From Candidatus Latescibacterota bacterium (GTDB taxonomy: Bacteria; Latescibacterota; UBA2968; UBA8231), in contig CBDETY010000003.1 in the NCBI GenBank assembly GCA_965243025.1, positions 3,776,001-3,840,000 of the forward strand: a DNA stretch of 64,000 bases, written 5' to 3'. The notes beneath the pieces are model-generated. The model was not told the DNA's origin. It did no database searches and worked only from the letters and a program-made list of their open reading frames with translations. Shown piece by piece: positions 30,289-39,839 of this stretch. How positions within the stretch are numbered: the first letter of the stretch is position 1; each line of letters starts with the position of its first letter. The position numbers and the translations under genes are program-made.

Positions 30289-31014
30289 TTGAGGTTCGGA
30301 GACAGGCGTATCGAGGAAATTACCGGGGAAGAAATCGAAGAAATGGTGAATGCCCGTACCCCGGAGGATCTTTGGCTCGAGTTCAAATCTGTTCCCTGGA
30401 AACAAGGAAACGAGGGGGATTTCGAGCTGCTCCACGACATTACCGCCCTGGCAAACGCTGAAGGCGGATATCTGTTCCTCGGCATAACAACCAGAAGGAG
30501 CAAGGGACGCGACGTGGCCATGGGTCTGAAGCATGTTTCCAAGGCCAGTGGTGTCGTCCAGCGCATTCGCAGTTTCTGCCAGGAACGCGTTGATCCACCG
30601 ATCAGGGAACTAGATGTCCAGCCGAAGTCGGTCCGACGCCCCGGGGGTGAATGCGTCGATATCGTGGGAGTTCGCGTACCCGTAAGCAATCGGAGGCCAC
30701 ACGCATTCCCTTGGAGAGATGCGACGGTTTTCGTCAAACGAGACGGTACCGATGTGCGATTCCTGCCAATCTCCGAGCTCGTTCCCGAGCTTGCACGGAG
30801 CTATTTTCCGCAAACCGAGACCAACCGCCGACTCGACGAACTCGCATCCGAGGTGCGCGCACTTCAGAAAGAAGTAGGCGACATCAAAATGGCGGTCCCA
30901 CCGTCTTCCGGGGCGCTTGCGGTCACTGATGTCGACCAGCTGATTGAATACATGGATGAACGCTTCCGGCAGATCACCGGAAATCGTTCCGACAGGCAGG
31001 ATACAGAAGATTGA
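30289..31014 (+). CDS. Schlafen/AlbA_2 domain protein with C-terminal coiled coil
   Basis: EDLWLEFK, DITALANAEGGYLFLGI, RPH, FVKRDG; AT-richer than the flanks. Confidence 0.85.
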   Translation: MRFGDRRIEEITGEEIEEMVNARTPEDLWLEFKSVPWKQGNEGDFELLHDITALANAEGGYLFLGITTRRSKGRDVAMGLKHVSKASGVVQRIRSFCQERVDPPIRELDVQPKSVRRPGGECVDIVGVRVPVSNRRPHAFPWRDATVFVKRDGTDVRFLPISELVPELARSYFPQTETNRRLDELASEVRALQKEVGDIKMAVPPSSGALAVTDVDQLIEYMDERFRQITGNRSDRQDTED

Positions 31015-31670
31015 GCGAACCCATACCCACTTACCGGATCTTCATCGTTCCCGAGCGGCTCGACAGGGCTGCGGTATGCACCAGGAGCGAAGCGGTAAAA
31101 GACCTGCTGACGAGTCCTCCTGGGCTGCGCCCTGGAGGCTTCGGTTATCGCGGGCTCGGGAGAACGCAACTGACTCCCGAGGGAATCGAAGGCACCGGAA
31201 TGACCGGGCAGGAGATCGTCCTGCTCGAAAACGGCTATTTCGAACTGCGATCTCCCCTGAGGAACGCCTCCTTTCAATGGCTCAAGGAAGAATCCTGCTT
31301 TTCAGATGCAGACTGGTTGTATCCCTACGCCGTCCAGGAAATGCCTCTTGCCTTCCTTTCGGTCGCCAAGGCCCTCTATAAGCTGTGCGACGTCGGCGCT
31401 GATCTTCGCATGAGGCAGGAGTACCGCAACGTAAACGGGTTTTATCTTCCACCAGGACACCCGGGGAATCCGCTTTTTCCCGGAGAGACGAAACGATACG
31501 TCGGCGACCACATCGTCGGTCAGGAGTTGACGCTGGCATCCGGTTTCGTCCCCGGCCAGATCTGCCGACAGTTAGTCGGAGAGGTTTACGCCCACTTCGG
31601 CTACGGGTCCGAAGAAATACCCCTGCTCGAAGAGCTGGAAGAAGCGGCCCACGAGATGACCTCAGCGTGA
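31011..31670 (+). CDS. Hypothetical protein coupled to the AlbA_2 gene
   Basis: TTG start overlapping the upstream TGA; 219 aa; no recognised motif. Confidence 0.65.
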   Translation: MSEPIPTYRIFIVPERLDRAAVCTRSEAVKDLLTSPPGLRPGGFGYRGLGRTQLTPEGIEGTGMTGQEIVLLENGYFELRSPLRNASFQWLKEESCFSDADWLYPYAVQEMPLAFLSVAKALYKLCDVGADLRMRQEYRNVNGFYLPPGHPGNPLFPGETKRYVGDHIVGQELTLASGFVPGQICRQLVGEVYAHFGYGSEEIPLLEELEEAAHEMTSA

Positions 31671-31728
31671 CCGGGGCGCTGGTGTACGAACGGGACCTGG
31701 CCAGGGAACTGGCGCGGACCACCCCCCG

Positions 31729-33717
31729 ATGACGGGCGAGCGGCAAGATCTCCTCGACTTCGAGGATCCCGATTCGACCTCCCGGAAAGGACTGCAGGTA
31801 GTAACCGCCAGCTTCCAGGGGGTCGAGCCGTTCACCTGGTCCCTGTTCGACGGCTTCGAAACGATGCAGGCGCTGACCTACTCGGTCAGCACGCCGATGA
31901 TCTTTCGCATGCTTGAGCGGCACGGGTTCCGGCGCTTCGAATGCGTCTTCGGGTACGAGCCCGGCCTGGGGCGCTTCGCCGAGGTAATCGCCCACCAGCA
32001 GTTCCTCGTCACTCAGTTGAGGGACGCCGTCCTGAAGCTGAGGGACGAAAGACAGCGGGTAATCCTGGAGAAGATCCACGCCGGCGAGGCGGAGTTCTAC
32101 GTGGTGAGGGAGAACGTCGCCCATTCGAAGCTGTATCTCCTCGAGGGCGGGGAAGCGCCGCGGCGGCGGGTGATCGCCGGATCTGCCAACCTCTCGGAGC
32201 GCGCCTTTGGCGGCAAGCAGCCGGAAACGCTCCTGGTCTTCGACGACGACGAGGCCGCCTGGGACCACTACTCCCGCGAGTACGGCGCGGTGAAGAGGAC
32301 CGCCTCCAACCGCATCGATATACCGGTCGATCTGAAGGCTGCCGAAATCACTTTCACCGACACCCCCGTGCTGCAGGAAGAGGGAGTCACCGTGTTTCAG
32401 CCGCCACCGCCTGAGGAGCTGACGGTGCCGCAGGTCCTGCACAAGGTGGAGGAGCTGACGGTGCCGGTGGACCGCATCGTCACGCCGAAGGTGAAACGGG
32501 AGAAGGGCCGCTCCATCCTGACTCCGTCGGTCAAGGCGGAGATCAAGAAGCTGCGCTGGGCCAAGGGAGGGCAGGAGGAGGAGGATTCGAGACCGGTGCA
32601 GCTGAGTATCGACCGGAACTCCCGCTACGTCTCCCTTTCGGGGAATACCGTATCGCTGGAGGTCGACGGCGAGGGACTGGCCCGGAGCGCCCGGGCGATC
32701 GTCGAGTACTTCGACAACTACGAGCGCGGCTTCATCGGCGACGTGCGCCGGCTGCAGCGGGATTACTTCACCTTCATGTCATGGCTTTACGTCTCCCCCT
32801 TCATCTGCGACCTGCGCACCCTCGCTACCGTCGAAGGAGCCAACATCGTCCACTACCCTTCCTTCGCGGTGATATACGGCAAGTCGAACTGCGGCAAGAC
32901 CAGCTTGGTCGACACCCTCGTCGCCAGCATGTTCGGCCACCCGAGCACGGTCGAGAAGGACCGCTTCACACGCAGCTACCTGCGCGGGTTGCAGCAGAAC
33001 TACCGGCGCTTCCCGGTGGTTTTCGACGACATCACGCGGCGCCGTTTCACCGAGCACGGCCTCGACATCGTAAAGGACGAGAACCTGCCCCCGGTGACCG
33101 AACACCCTTGCTTCGTCATCTCGATGAACGCCGAGCCCCAGTCCTTCCCGGACGAGGTTGTGAAGCGGTGCCTGATGGTCTACACCAACACCTCCCTTCC
33201 CAGTCACAAGCACGCTCTCGCCGACGAGCTGCACTCCAGCGTCGAAAGGATCCGCGCCCGCCTGTCGACCGATCTGTACCGCAGGTATCTCGCCGATATC
33301 ATGGACAGGCTCGAGGACGCGCCGCTGCCGAAGGACATCCTGGAGTTCTCCTCGCAGACCCTGTGCGACCTGCTGCAGAAGCACGCGGGCGCAACGCTGC
33401 CCGACTGGTGCCGGCCGGTATCCTGGGGCGAGTTTGCCGACCGGCGCTACGAGCGCGCGGCGCGGCGGCTCGACGCCCTGCTGGCGCCGGAGAATTTCCG
33501 CAAGGTCGCCGGCGACGGAGAACAGGGATGGAGTCTGCAGGCCGAGTCCCTGGTCGTGTGGGAAAAGGCCGACGCCTTCGGCCGCACCTCGATCAGGAGC
33601 GAAATCCCCGACTTCCTGTACGACGACACCTCGAGCGTGGGGGACACCTTCGTCCTCTGGCACAGACAGACCGAAGATTTTCTCCGACGGAGGATCTCGG
33701 CTCCGGGATTCCGGTAG
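31729..33717 (+). CDS. PLD-family (HKD) nuclease-like domain fused to a P-loop NTPase
   Basis: HSKLYLL...VIAGSANLS...E; Walker A GKSNCGKT; Walker B VVFDD; ISMN. Confidence 0.8.
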   Translation: MTGERQDLLDFEDPDSTSRKGLQVVTASFQGVEPFTWSLFDGFETMQALTYSVSTPMIFRMLERHGFRRFECVFGYEPGLGRFAEVIAHQQFLVTQLRDAVLKLRDERQRVILEKIHAGEAEFYVVRENVAHSKLYLLEGGEAPRRRVIAGSANLSERAFGGKQPETLLVFDDDEAAWDHYSREYGAVKRTASNRIDIPVDLKAAEITFTDTPVLQEEGVTVFQPPPPEELTVPQVLHKVEELTVPVDRIVTPKVKREKGRSILTPSVKAEIKKLRWAKGGQEEEDSRPVQLSIDRNSRYVSLSGNTVSLEVDGEGLARSARAIVEYFDNYERGFIGDVRRLQRDYFTFMSWLYVSPFICDLRTLATVEGANIVHYPSFAVIYGKSNCGKTSLVDTLVASMFGHPSTVEKDRFTRSYLRGLQQNYRRFPVVFDDITRRRFTEHGLDIVKDENLPPVTEHPCFVISMNAEPQSFPDEVVKRCLMVYTNTSLPSHKHALADELHSSVERIRARLSTDLYRRYLADIMDRLEDAPLPKDILEFSSQTLCDLLQKHAGATLPDWCRPVSWGEFADRRYERAARRLDALLAPENFRKVAGDGEQGWSLQAESLVVWEKADAFGRTSIRSEIPDFLYDDTSSVGDTFVLWHRQTEDFLRRRISAPGFR

Positions 33718-33794
33718 CCATGGCGCCGGTGACGCGGGCATTTGCGGCTGCGGGCCCGGCCGCCCCTCCCCGGAAATACGTGGAAAGCCCGGAG

Positions 33795-34664
33795 CTACCC
33801 CTGACCCGGGGCGAAGCGCGGGGGGATCGGCTGGATGATGGCGCGCTGCTCGTCGCTGAGGCTGTCCAGCAGCTCCGGACTCGGCACGTAGTGGAAGCGG
33901 CTGCGCAGGTAGCGGGGCGAGTAGCGGTAGAGCGCAATGCGGCGGCAGCCGTCGTTGGTGCGCGCCGCCGAGCCGTGGGTGATGGCGTCGGTCAGCATCA
34001 GCACGTCGCCGGCCTCGAGGTAGAGCTCCTTCATCCCGAACTGGTTGCCGGCGGCGTCGTCGCTGCGGTAGGTCTGCTCGAGGAGCTTGGGGTGGCGCAT
34101 CGCCGACTTGTGGCTGCCCGGGATCAGGGTGGTGGCCCCGTCCCCGGGGCCGATGTCCTGCAGGGCGCCGATGACGTTGATCTGCCCGACCATCCACTCG
34201 CCGGTGTTCTCCTGGCGGAAGGTCAGGTAGCAGATCGGCAGGGCGCCGCCGCAGTGGATGCCGATGTAGCCGCCGGGGCCGCGCACGTTGAGCAGGTTCT
34301 CGTGGATGGAGATGCCGTTGACGGGGTTGATCCAGCGGCGGCAGTGGCCGATCCAGGCCGGGTAGTCGATCAGGCGCCGGAACACCGCCCCGCCCTCGAC
34401 GATGTTCTGGAAGTTGCAGCCGTCGGCGTCGCTGTAGGTGTGGGTCTCGACGCGGCCGATCCACTCCCCCGGCGCGTCTCCCTGGCGGCGCCTGCCCTCG
34501 ACGTAGCGCCAGTGGTCGTCGACCCACTGGTTCATCTCGTCGAGGTCCCCCCTGGCGATCCCCCCCTTGACGACGATGTAGCCGTTGAGGTCGAACAGGT
34601 AATCGATCAGGTACTCGTCCCGCTCGCCGGCGTCGACCCAGTCCCGCGTCATTAGTCGCTTCAT
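33795..34664 (-). CDS. PhyH-family Fe(II)/2OG enzyme with HxG motif (candidate halogenase)
   Basis: YLFDLNGYIV, GIHCGG at the HxD position, IPGSHKS, ITHGS, RRIALYRY; GGAG RBS before ATG 34664. Confidence 0.8.
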   Translation of the reverse strand: MKRLMTRDWVDAGERDEYLIDYLFDLNGYIVVKGGIARGDLDEMNQWVDDHWRYVEGRRRQGDAPGEWIGRVETHTYSDADGCNFQNIVEGGAVFRRLIDYPAWIGHCRRWINPVNGISIHENLLNVRGPGGYIGIHCGGALPICYLTFRQENTGEWMVGQINVIGALQDIGPGDGATTLIPGSHKSAMRHPKLLEQTYRSDDAAGNQFGMKELYLEAGDVLMLTDAITHGSAARTNDGCRRIALYRYSPRYLRSRFHYVPSPELLDSLSDEQRAIIQPIPPRFAPGQG

Positions 34665-34911
34665 TTCTCCGGATGTTGCCGTGACTGCAGGCAGGGTAAG
34701 GAACGGCCCCCGGCCGCGCAATTTCCTCCCGAGGCTCCCGGTTGCGGCAGCGCGCGGACTGAACCGGCCGATTGCGATGTCGCGAGCTGCGGCGGCCTTG
34801 CGGCGGTGCCATTCGACCTCCGGCGCGCCTCCGACTCCCCGGGGCTGGCGTCCGTACGCGGCAGCCCGTTCCTTTGGGATTCGCCAAGGACCAACCGCAA
34901 ACCCAACCACC

Positions 34912-35751
34912 ATGAACGAGACTTCGGCGACGGATAATCCGTCCCCATATCTCGCCGGACAGGCCCCGGACGACGAGCTGATCGACAGCTGGGTCGAGCA
35001 GTTCGACCGCGACGGCTGCCTCTTCCTGCGCAACGTGCTGCCGCCGGACTGGTGCGCCGAGCTGCGCGGCGACCTCGACCGCGCCCTCGACGGGCCCGAG
35101 ACCCCCGGCAACCGGAACCGGAGGAAGGAGTCCGGGTCCGGAATCCAGCTCCATCACCGCATGTTCGAGACCAGCGCCGCCAACCTGCGGCTGTTCGACC
35201 TAGAGCCGATCGTCACCTTCGCCGAGCGCCTGGTGGCGGAGACCTGCCACGTCATCCACAACAACAGCTTCCGCACCCCTCCCGGGGGCGGCATCAGCGG
35301 CTGGCACCAGGACGACCCTCCCCATTTCGAGGTGACCCGCGGAGAGCCGCCGACCAACGTGCGGCTGCCGGTGCTGCTGTTCACCTGCAACTACTACCTC
35401 ACCGACGTCGGAACCGCCGGGCACGGCCCGACCCAGACGGTGCCGGGCTCGCACCTGTTCGGCGCCCCGCCCCCGGACCCGATCGAGGGCAGCGGCTACG
35501 AGGATCAGGTGGTCTCCAACACCGGTCCCGCCGGCAGCGTCATCATGTTCAACAACCAGGTCTGGCACCGGGGAGGGCCGAACCAGAGCAGCCGCACCCG
35601 CTACATCACCCAGATCAGCTACGCGCGCCGGGTGATCGGCCACAAGTTCTACCCCTTCATGAACTACCAGATGCCGGAGCACGTGTACGCCGGGGCCGGG
35701 GAGCGCCTGCGGCGGCTGCTCGGCTTCCTGCCGCACGGCGCCTACGGATGA
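34912..35751 (+). CDS. PhyH-family Fe(II)/2OG dioxygenase
   Basis: FDRDGCL, WHQD, YYLTD, VPGSH, VWHRGGPN. Confidence 0.88.
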   Translation: MNETSATDNPSPYLAGQAPDDELIDSWVEQFDRDGCLFLRNVLPPDWCAELRGDLDRALDGPETPGNRNRRKESGSGIQLHHRMFETSAANLRLFDLEPIVTFAERLVAETCHVIHNNSFRTPPGGGISGWHQDDPPHFEVTRGEPPTNVRLPVLLFTCNYYLTDVGTAGHGPTQTVPGSHLFGAPPPDPIEGSGYEDQVVSNTGPAGSVIMFNNQVWHRGGPNQSSRTRYITQISYARRVIGHKFYPFMNYQMPEHVYAGAGERLRRLLGFLPHGAYG

Positions 35752-35869
35752 AGGCCGTTTCTGCCGGACTGGTGCGGCGGGGGCAAATGGCAGGCAAAGG
35801 CGGCCCAAGCGGCCTTGCCGGCGGCATGAGGACTTCAATACAACTCTTCTCGAACAGAGGTAACTGCGG

Positions 35870-36919
35870 ATGACGAAGCTGCGGATGGGGGTGGTCGGCA
35901 TGGGCATGGGCAAGGGCCACGCCCTCGGCTTCCAGGCCCACCCCGGCGCCGAGCTGACTGCGCTGTGCGACATCGACGAAGAACGGCTGCGCAACGCAGC
36001 CGACGAGCTCGGGGTGCAGGAGCGCTACACCGATGCCGCCGACATGTTCGCCAATGCCGGGCTCGACGCGGTCGGCATCGCCGTGCCGAACAAGTTTCAC
36101 GCGCCGCTGACGATTGCCGCCCTCGAGCAGGGGCTGCACGTCCTGTGCGAGAAGCCGATGGCGATGTCGGTGGCGGAGGCGGAGAGCATGAACGAGGCGG
36201 CGGCCAGGGCCGGACGCAACCTTATGATCGATTTCTCCCACCGCTTCACCGAATCGGCGGTCGCGCTGAAACGGCAGGTGGAAGCCGGGTCGGTCGGCGA
36301 CATCTACTTCGGGCGCACCACCTGGCACCGGCGCCGCGGGGTTCCCGGTTTCGGGGGCTGGTTCGGGATCGAGGAGCTGTCGGGGGGCGGACCCCTGGTC
36401 GACCTCGGGGTGCACATGATCGACCTCGCCATGTGGTTCATGGGCTACCCCGAGCCGGTGGCGGTTTCCGGATCGACGTACAGCGAGATCGCCCCTGCCC
36501 TTGCCGCCCGGGAGGGGAAGCAGTTCGACGTCGAGGACCTCGCCTGCGGCCTGGTGAAGTTCGCCGGCGGGGCCACCCTGATCGTCGAGTCGAGCTGGGC
36601 GGTCAATCTGGAGCCGCCCGAGACGATCGCCGTCAACCTGTGCGGCGACAAGGGCGGCCTTTCGTACCGGCACGGGTCCGGCGGCTGGTTTGCCGAGATC
36701 TACAGCGACGAGGGAGGAGATCTCTACACCAAGAAGCTCGACCGCAGAACCGGTCCGGCCCCGTCCGCGTACAGCGACTTCGTCGACAGCATCCTCGAGA
36801 ACCGGCCGCCGCAGGCCACCGGCGACCACGGGCTCAAGGCGATGAAGATCATCGAGGGGATCTACAGCAGCGCCCGCACCGGCAGGGAAGTCCGCTACCC
36901 GGAAGGGGTAACGGCATGA
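35870..36919 (+). CDS. Gfo/Idh/MocA family oxidoreductase
   Basis: GVVGMG, CEKP, GGGPLVDLGVH. Confidence 0.9.
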   Translation: MTKLRMGVVGMGMGKGHALGFQAHPGAELTALCDIDEERLRNAADELGVQERYTDAADMFANAGLDAVGIAVPNKFHAPLTIAALEQGLHVLCEKPMAMSVAEAESMNEAAARAGRNLMIDFSHRFTESAVALKRQVEAGSVGDIYFGRTTWHRRRGVPGFGGWFGIEELSGGGPLVDLGVHMIDLAMWFMGYPEPVAVSGSTYSEIAPALAAREGKQFDVEDLACGLVKFAGGATLIVESSWAVNLEPPETIAVNLCGDKGGLSYRHGSGGWFAEIYSDEGGDLYTKKLDRRTGPAPSAYSDFVDSILENRPPQATGDHGLKAMKIIEGIYSSARTGREVRYPEGVTA

Positions 36920-37824
36920 CCGGAACGACCGATTTTCCCGCTGAAGAGGTCCTGCAGCTGACTCCGCAAGCCGGCTCCTGGCTGAGGGGGCAGGCGGAGT
37001 CGCGGGGGCAGTCCGCCGCCGAAGTGCTCGGCAGCCTGGTCGAGGAGCGAGCGGCCTCGACTCCAGCATCACCCCCCCTTTCCCCGGACCAGGTGGAGCA
37101 GTACCGCCGCGACGGGTACCTCCTCGTTTCGGGGCTGATTCCCGACGACGCGGCGGCGCGCGCCGAGGAGGCGATGTGGCGCTGCATCGGCTGCGACCCG
37201 GAGAACCCGCCCCCCTCCTGGGAGGACGTCCCCGGAGACCTGCGGCTCTACAACGACCCCGACCTCAAGAACTGCTTCACCCCGGACGTCCTCGCCGCCG
37301 CGGCGCAGATAACCGGGGACGACCTGTCGACGTTCGGCAAGTCGGACACCCACCCCAAGACCTGGCACACCGCCACCTACCTCGAAGCGGAAGCCGCCGG
37401 GGAGGATCTCAGCCGCTTCTACCGCTGGGACTGCGCCTACGCGATCAACATCATGCCCGGGAAGGGGGACGGGGGGGACCGCCCGCACATCGATCACTCG
37501 ATGGGCGGCCACCACCACCGCACCTTCCCGCCGGTGTTCCGGCTCGGGACCCTGATCTTCCTCAACGACGTCGCCCCGAACGGCGGCGGCACGCGGGTGT
37601 GGCCGGGGTCCCACCGCGTTTTCGAGGAGCTGGCGCGCCGGTCGCCCCGGCGCTACGAGTGGAGGTCGGCGTTCATGGAGGACATGGCCGAAATCGACCC
37701 GGGAAAGCCGCTGAGCCTGACGATCTCGCGGGGAGACGCCCTCTTCCTGCATCACCTTCTCGCCCACGCCGGCAGCTTCAACGCCGGCGACCGCCCGCGC
37801 TTCGCGCTCAACATGAAATGGTAG
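36916..37824 (+). CDS. PhyH-family dioxygenase with an N-terminal extension
   Basis: QYRRDGYL, PHID, WPGSH, LAHAGSFN...PR; ATGA overlap with the upstream gene. Confidence 0.82.
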   Translation: MTGTTDFPAEEVLQLTPQAGSWLRGQAESRGQSAAEVLGSLVEERAASTPASPPLSPDQVEQYRRDGYLLVSGLIPDDAAARAEEAMWRCIGCDPENPPPSWEDVPGDLRLYNDPDLKNCFTPDVLAAAAQITGDDLSTFGKSDTHPKTWHTATYLEAEAAGEDLSRFYRWDCAYAINIMPGKGDGGDRPHIDHSMGGHHHRTFPPVFRLGTLIFLNDVAPNGGGTRVWPGSHRVFEELARRSPRRYEWRSAFMEDMAEIDPGKPLSLTISRGDALFLHHLLAHAGSFNAGDRPRFALNMKW

Positions 37825-37828
37825 ACCC

Positions 37829-38881
37829 ATGCCCGTAATCCAGCACCAGCCCCTCCGCAAGCTCGCCTTCGAAGTCTTCCGCGCCGCCGGCCTTTCCGGG
37901 GAGGACGCCGGCATCGTCAGCGAGCACCTCGTCGACAGCAACCTCGCCGGCCACGACTCGCACGGCGTCTGGTGCCTGCCGCGCTACGTCCCGGGCATGC
38001 GGGAGAACTACGTGACCTGGGAGGAGCGCGAGGTTCTGCGCGAGACCCCCTGCCTGGCGGTCATCGACTGCAAGGGGGGCAACGGCATCGTGGCGACGAC
38101 GCGGGCCCTCGACATCGCCGTGGAAAAGGCCCGGCGGACGACCTTCGGTTTCGTCGGCCTGCGCAACACCACCCACATCGGCCGCCTCGGGGACTACACG
38201 CCGCGGATCGCCGGACAGGGCATGTTCGGACTGGTCTGGCTCAACGGCGGCGGCCTCTTCATGACCCCCAACGGCAGCGCCGACCGGCGCCTCTGCCCGG
38301 AGCCGATCTCCTTCGGCGCCCCGCGGCGGAACGGGCCCCCGTTCATGCTCGACGTGACCATGACGACGGTGGCCGGCGGCAAGATCGAGCAGAAGATCGT
38401 GCGCGGCGACCCGATGCCGGACAACTGGGTGATCGACCGGACCGGCAGCTCCGTCAGCGATGCCATGCAATACCGCGAACGCCCGGAGGAGACCGGGGTG
38501 CCTCCGGTGGGGTGGCCGCAGTTCGGCCACAAGGGGGCCGGCCTGGCGATGATGATCGAGATGCTGGTCGGCCCGCTTTCCCACGCCGGCTGCACCAAGG
38601 GGCCGGGCAAGGGGGGAGGCCAGGGGGTAATGGTGCTGGCGATCGACATCGAGGCCTTCACCGACCTCGACACCTACAAGGACGAGGTGGAGGGACTGCG
38701 GGACTGGGTCTGCTCGGCGCGGCCCCTGCCCGGCTTCGAGCGGGTCTACGCCCCCGGGGAGATCGAGGAGGAGTTCAGGCTGAAGCGGCTGCGCGACGGC
38801 ATCGAGGTGCCGGAGCCGACCTGGGAGCAGATCGCCGCCACCGCCGCCGAGCTGGGCGTCGAGGTGCCGGCGGTCGGCTGA
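37829..38881 (+). CDS. Ldh_2 family oxidoreductase (malate/L-lactate/sulfolactate/ureidoglycolate dehydrogenase-like)
   Basis: GHDSHG, HIGRLG, GHKGAGL, YAPGE. Confidence 0.9.
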   Translation: MPVIQHQPLRKLAFEVFRAAGLSGEDAGIVSEHLVDSNLAGHDSHGVWCLPRYVPGMRENYVTWEEREVLRETPCLAVIDCKGGNGIVATTRALDIAVEKARRTTFGFVGLRNTTHIGRLGDYTPRIAGQGMFGLVWLNGGGLFMTPNGSADRRLCPEPISFGAPRRNGPPFMLDVTMTTVAGGKIEQKIVRGDPMPDNWVIDRTGSSVSDAMQYRERPEETGVPPVGWPQFGHKGAGLAMMIEMLVGPLSHAGCTKGPGKGGGQGVMVLAIDIEAFTDLDTYKDEVEGLRDWVCSARPLPGFERVYAPGEIEEEFRLKRLRDGIEVPEPTWEQIAATAAELGVEVPAVG

Positions 38882-38930
38882 TCGGCCCGCAACCTGCGCT
38901 TTCTGCGATTCGGCAACCGCCGGCTTCTCA

Positions 38931-39791
38931 TCAACCCTTCCGAAACAACGGAGGCCGCTCCCTCAGGGCGGGATCGGCCAGCGCCCCGGCCAGCTCGTCG
39001 ACTTTCTCGCGGTCCGCCCCCCGCCAGCGCAGGTCTTCGAGACTCTCCGCCAGCGGCACGTCGATGCACTTGATCGACCGGTCGCGGTAGTCCAGGGCCT
39101 CGGCGCGTCTGGCGGCAAACGTCCGCGCCAGCTTCTGCCTGCCGCGCACCTCCAGGCTCTCCCACGCCGCCGGGTCTTCCGGGAAGTCCTCCAGGCGTCC
39201 GAACCGGCGGATGGCGGCGGCCGCCGATTTCCGGCCGAACCCCGGAATCCCGGGTATCCCGTCGGAGGGGTCCCCCACCAGGCTCAGGTATTCGGGGATG
39301 CGCGCCGGACCCACCCCGAATTTGGCAACCACCCCCGCCTCGTCGGTCCGTTCCCGTTTGATCCGGTTCAGCAGGATCACCTTTTCGCCGCGGACGCACT
39401 GGGCGAAGTCGTTGTCCGTGGAGCAGATCACGATCTGGTCGAGGAGCGGGTCGGCACCGAACCGGTGGGCGGCCGTGGCAATGGCGTCGTCCGCCTGGTA
39501 CTGCGACATCTTCCAGAGCGCGATCCCAAGAGCGCGCGCCGTTTCGAGGGCCGCATCGTACTGGCTCTGGATGAGGAGGGTGTCGCTCTCTTCGCGGGCA
39601 ACCAGCAGGCCGACGTCGTCGAAGGCAATCGCCGCGTGCGTCACCTCCGGATCCCGCAGCAGTGCGGCCAGGGAGCGGAAGAGCGTCCGCACGGCAGCGA
39701 CCTCTTCCCCGGAGTCGAGCTGTGCCTTCGGGGCGCCGTAGTAACAGCGGAACAGCTCGAAGCTTCCGTCGATCAGGAACAGGGCGGCCAT
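38931..39791 (-). CDS. Stand-alone 5'-3' exonuclease / flap endonuclease
   Basis: LIDGS, ADDAI, STDNDF, LVGDPSDGIPGIPGFG (H3TH). Confidence 0.88.
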   Translation of the reverse strand: MAALFLIDGSFELFRCYYGAPKAQLDSGEEVAAVRTLFRSLAALLRDPEVTHAAIAFDDVGLLVAREESDTLLIQSQYDAALETARALGIALWKMSQYQADDAIATAAHRFGADPLLDQIVICSTDNDFAQCVRGEKVILLNRIKRERTDEAGVVAKFGVGPARIPEYLSLVGDPSDGIPGIPGFGRKSAAAAIRRFGRLEDFPEDPAAWESLEVRGRQKLARTFAARRAEALDYRDRSIKCIDVPLAESLEDLRWRGADREKVDELAGALADPALRERPPLFRKG

Positions 39792-39839
39792 GAATCGCGG
39801 GCGGGTTTCACTCTCTGGTTTGCGAGCGCTTCCAGTGTA

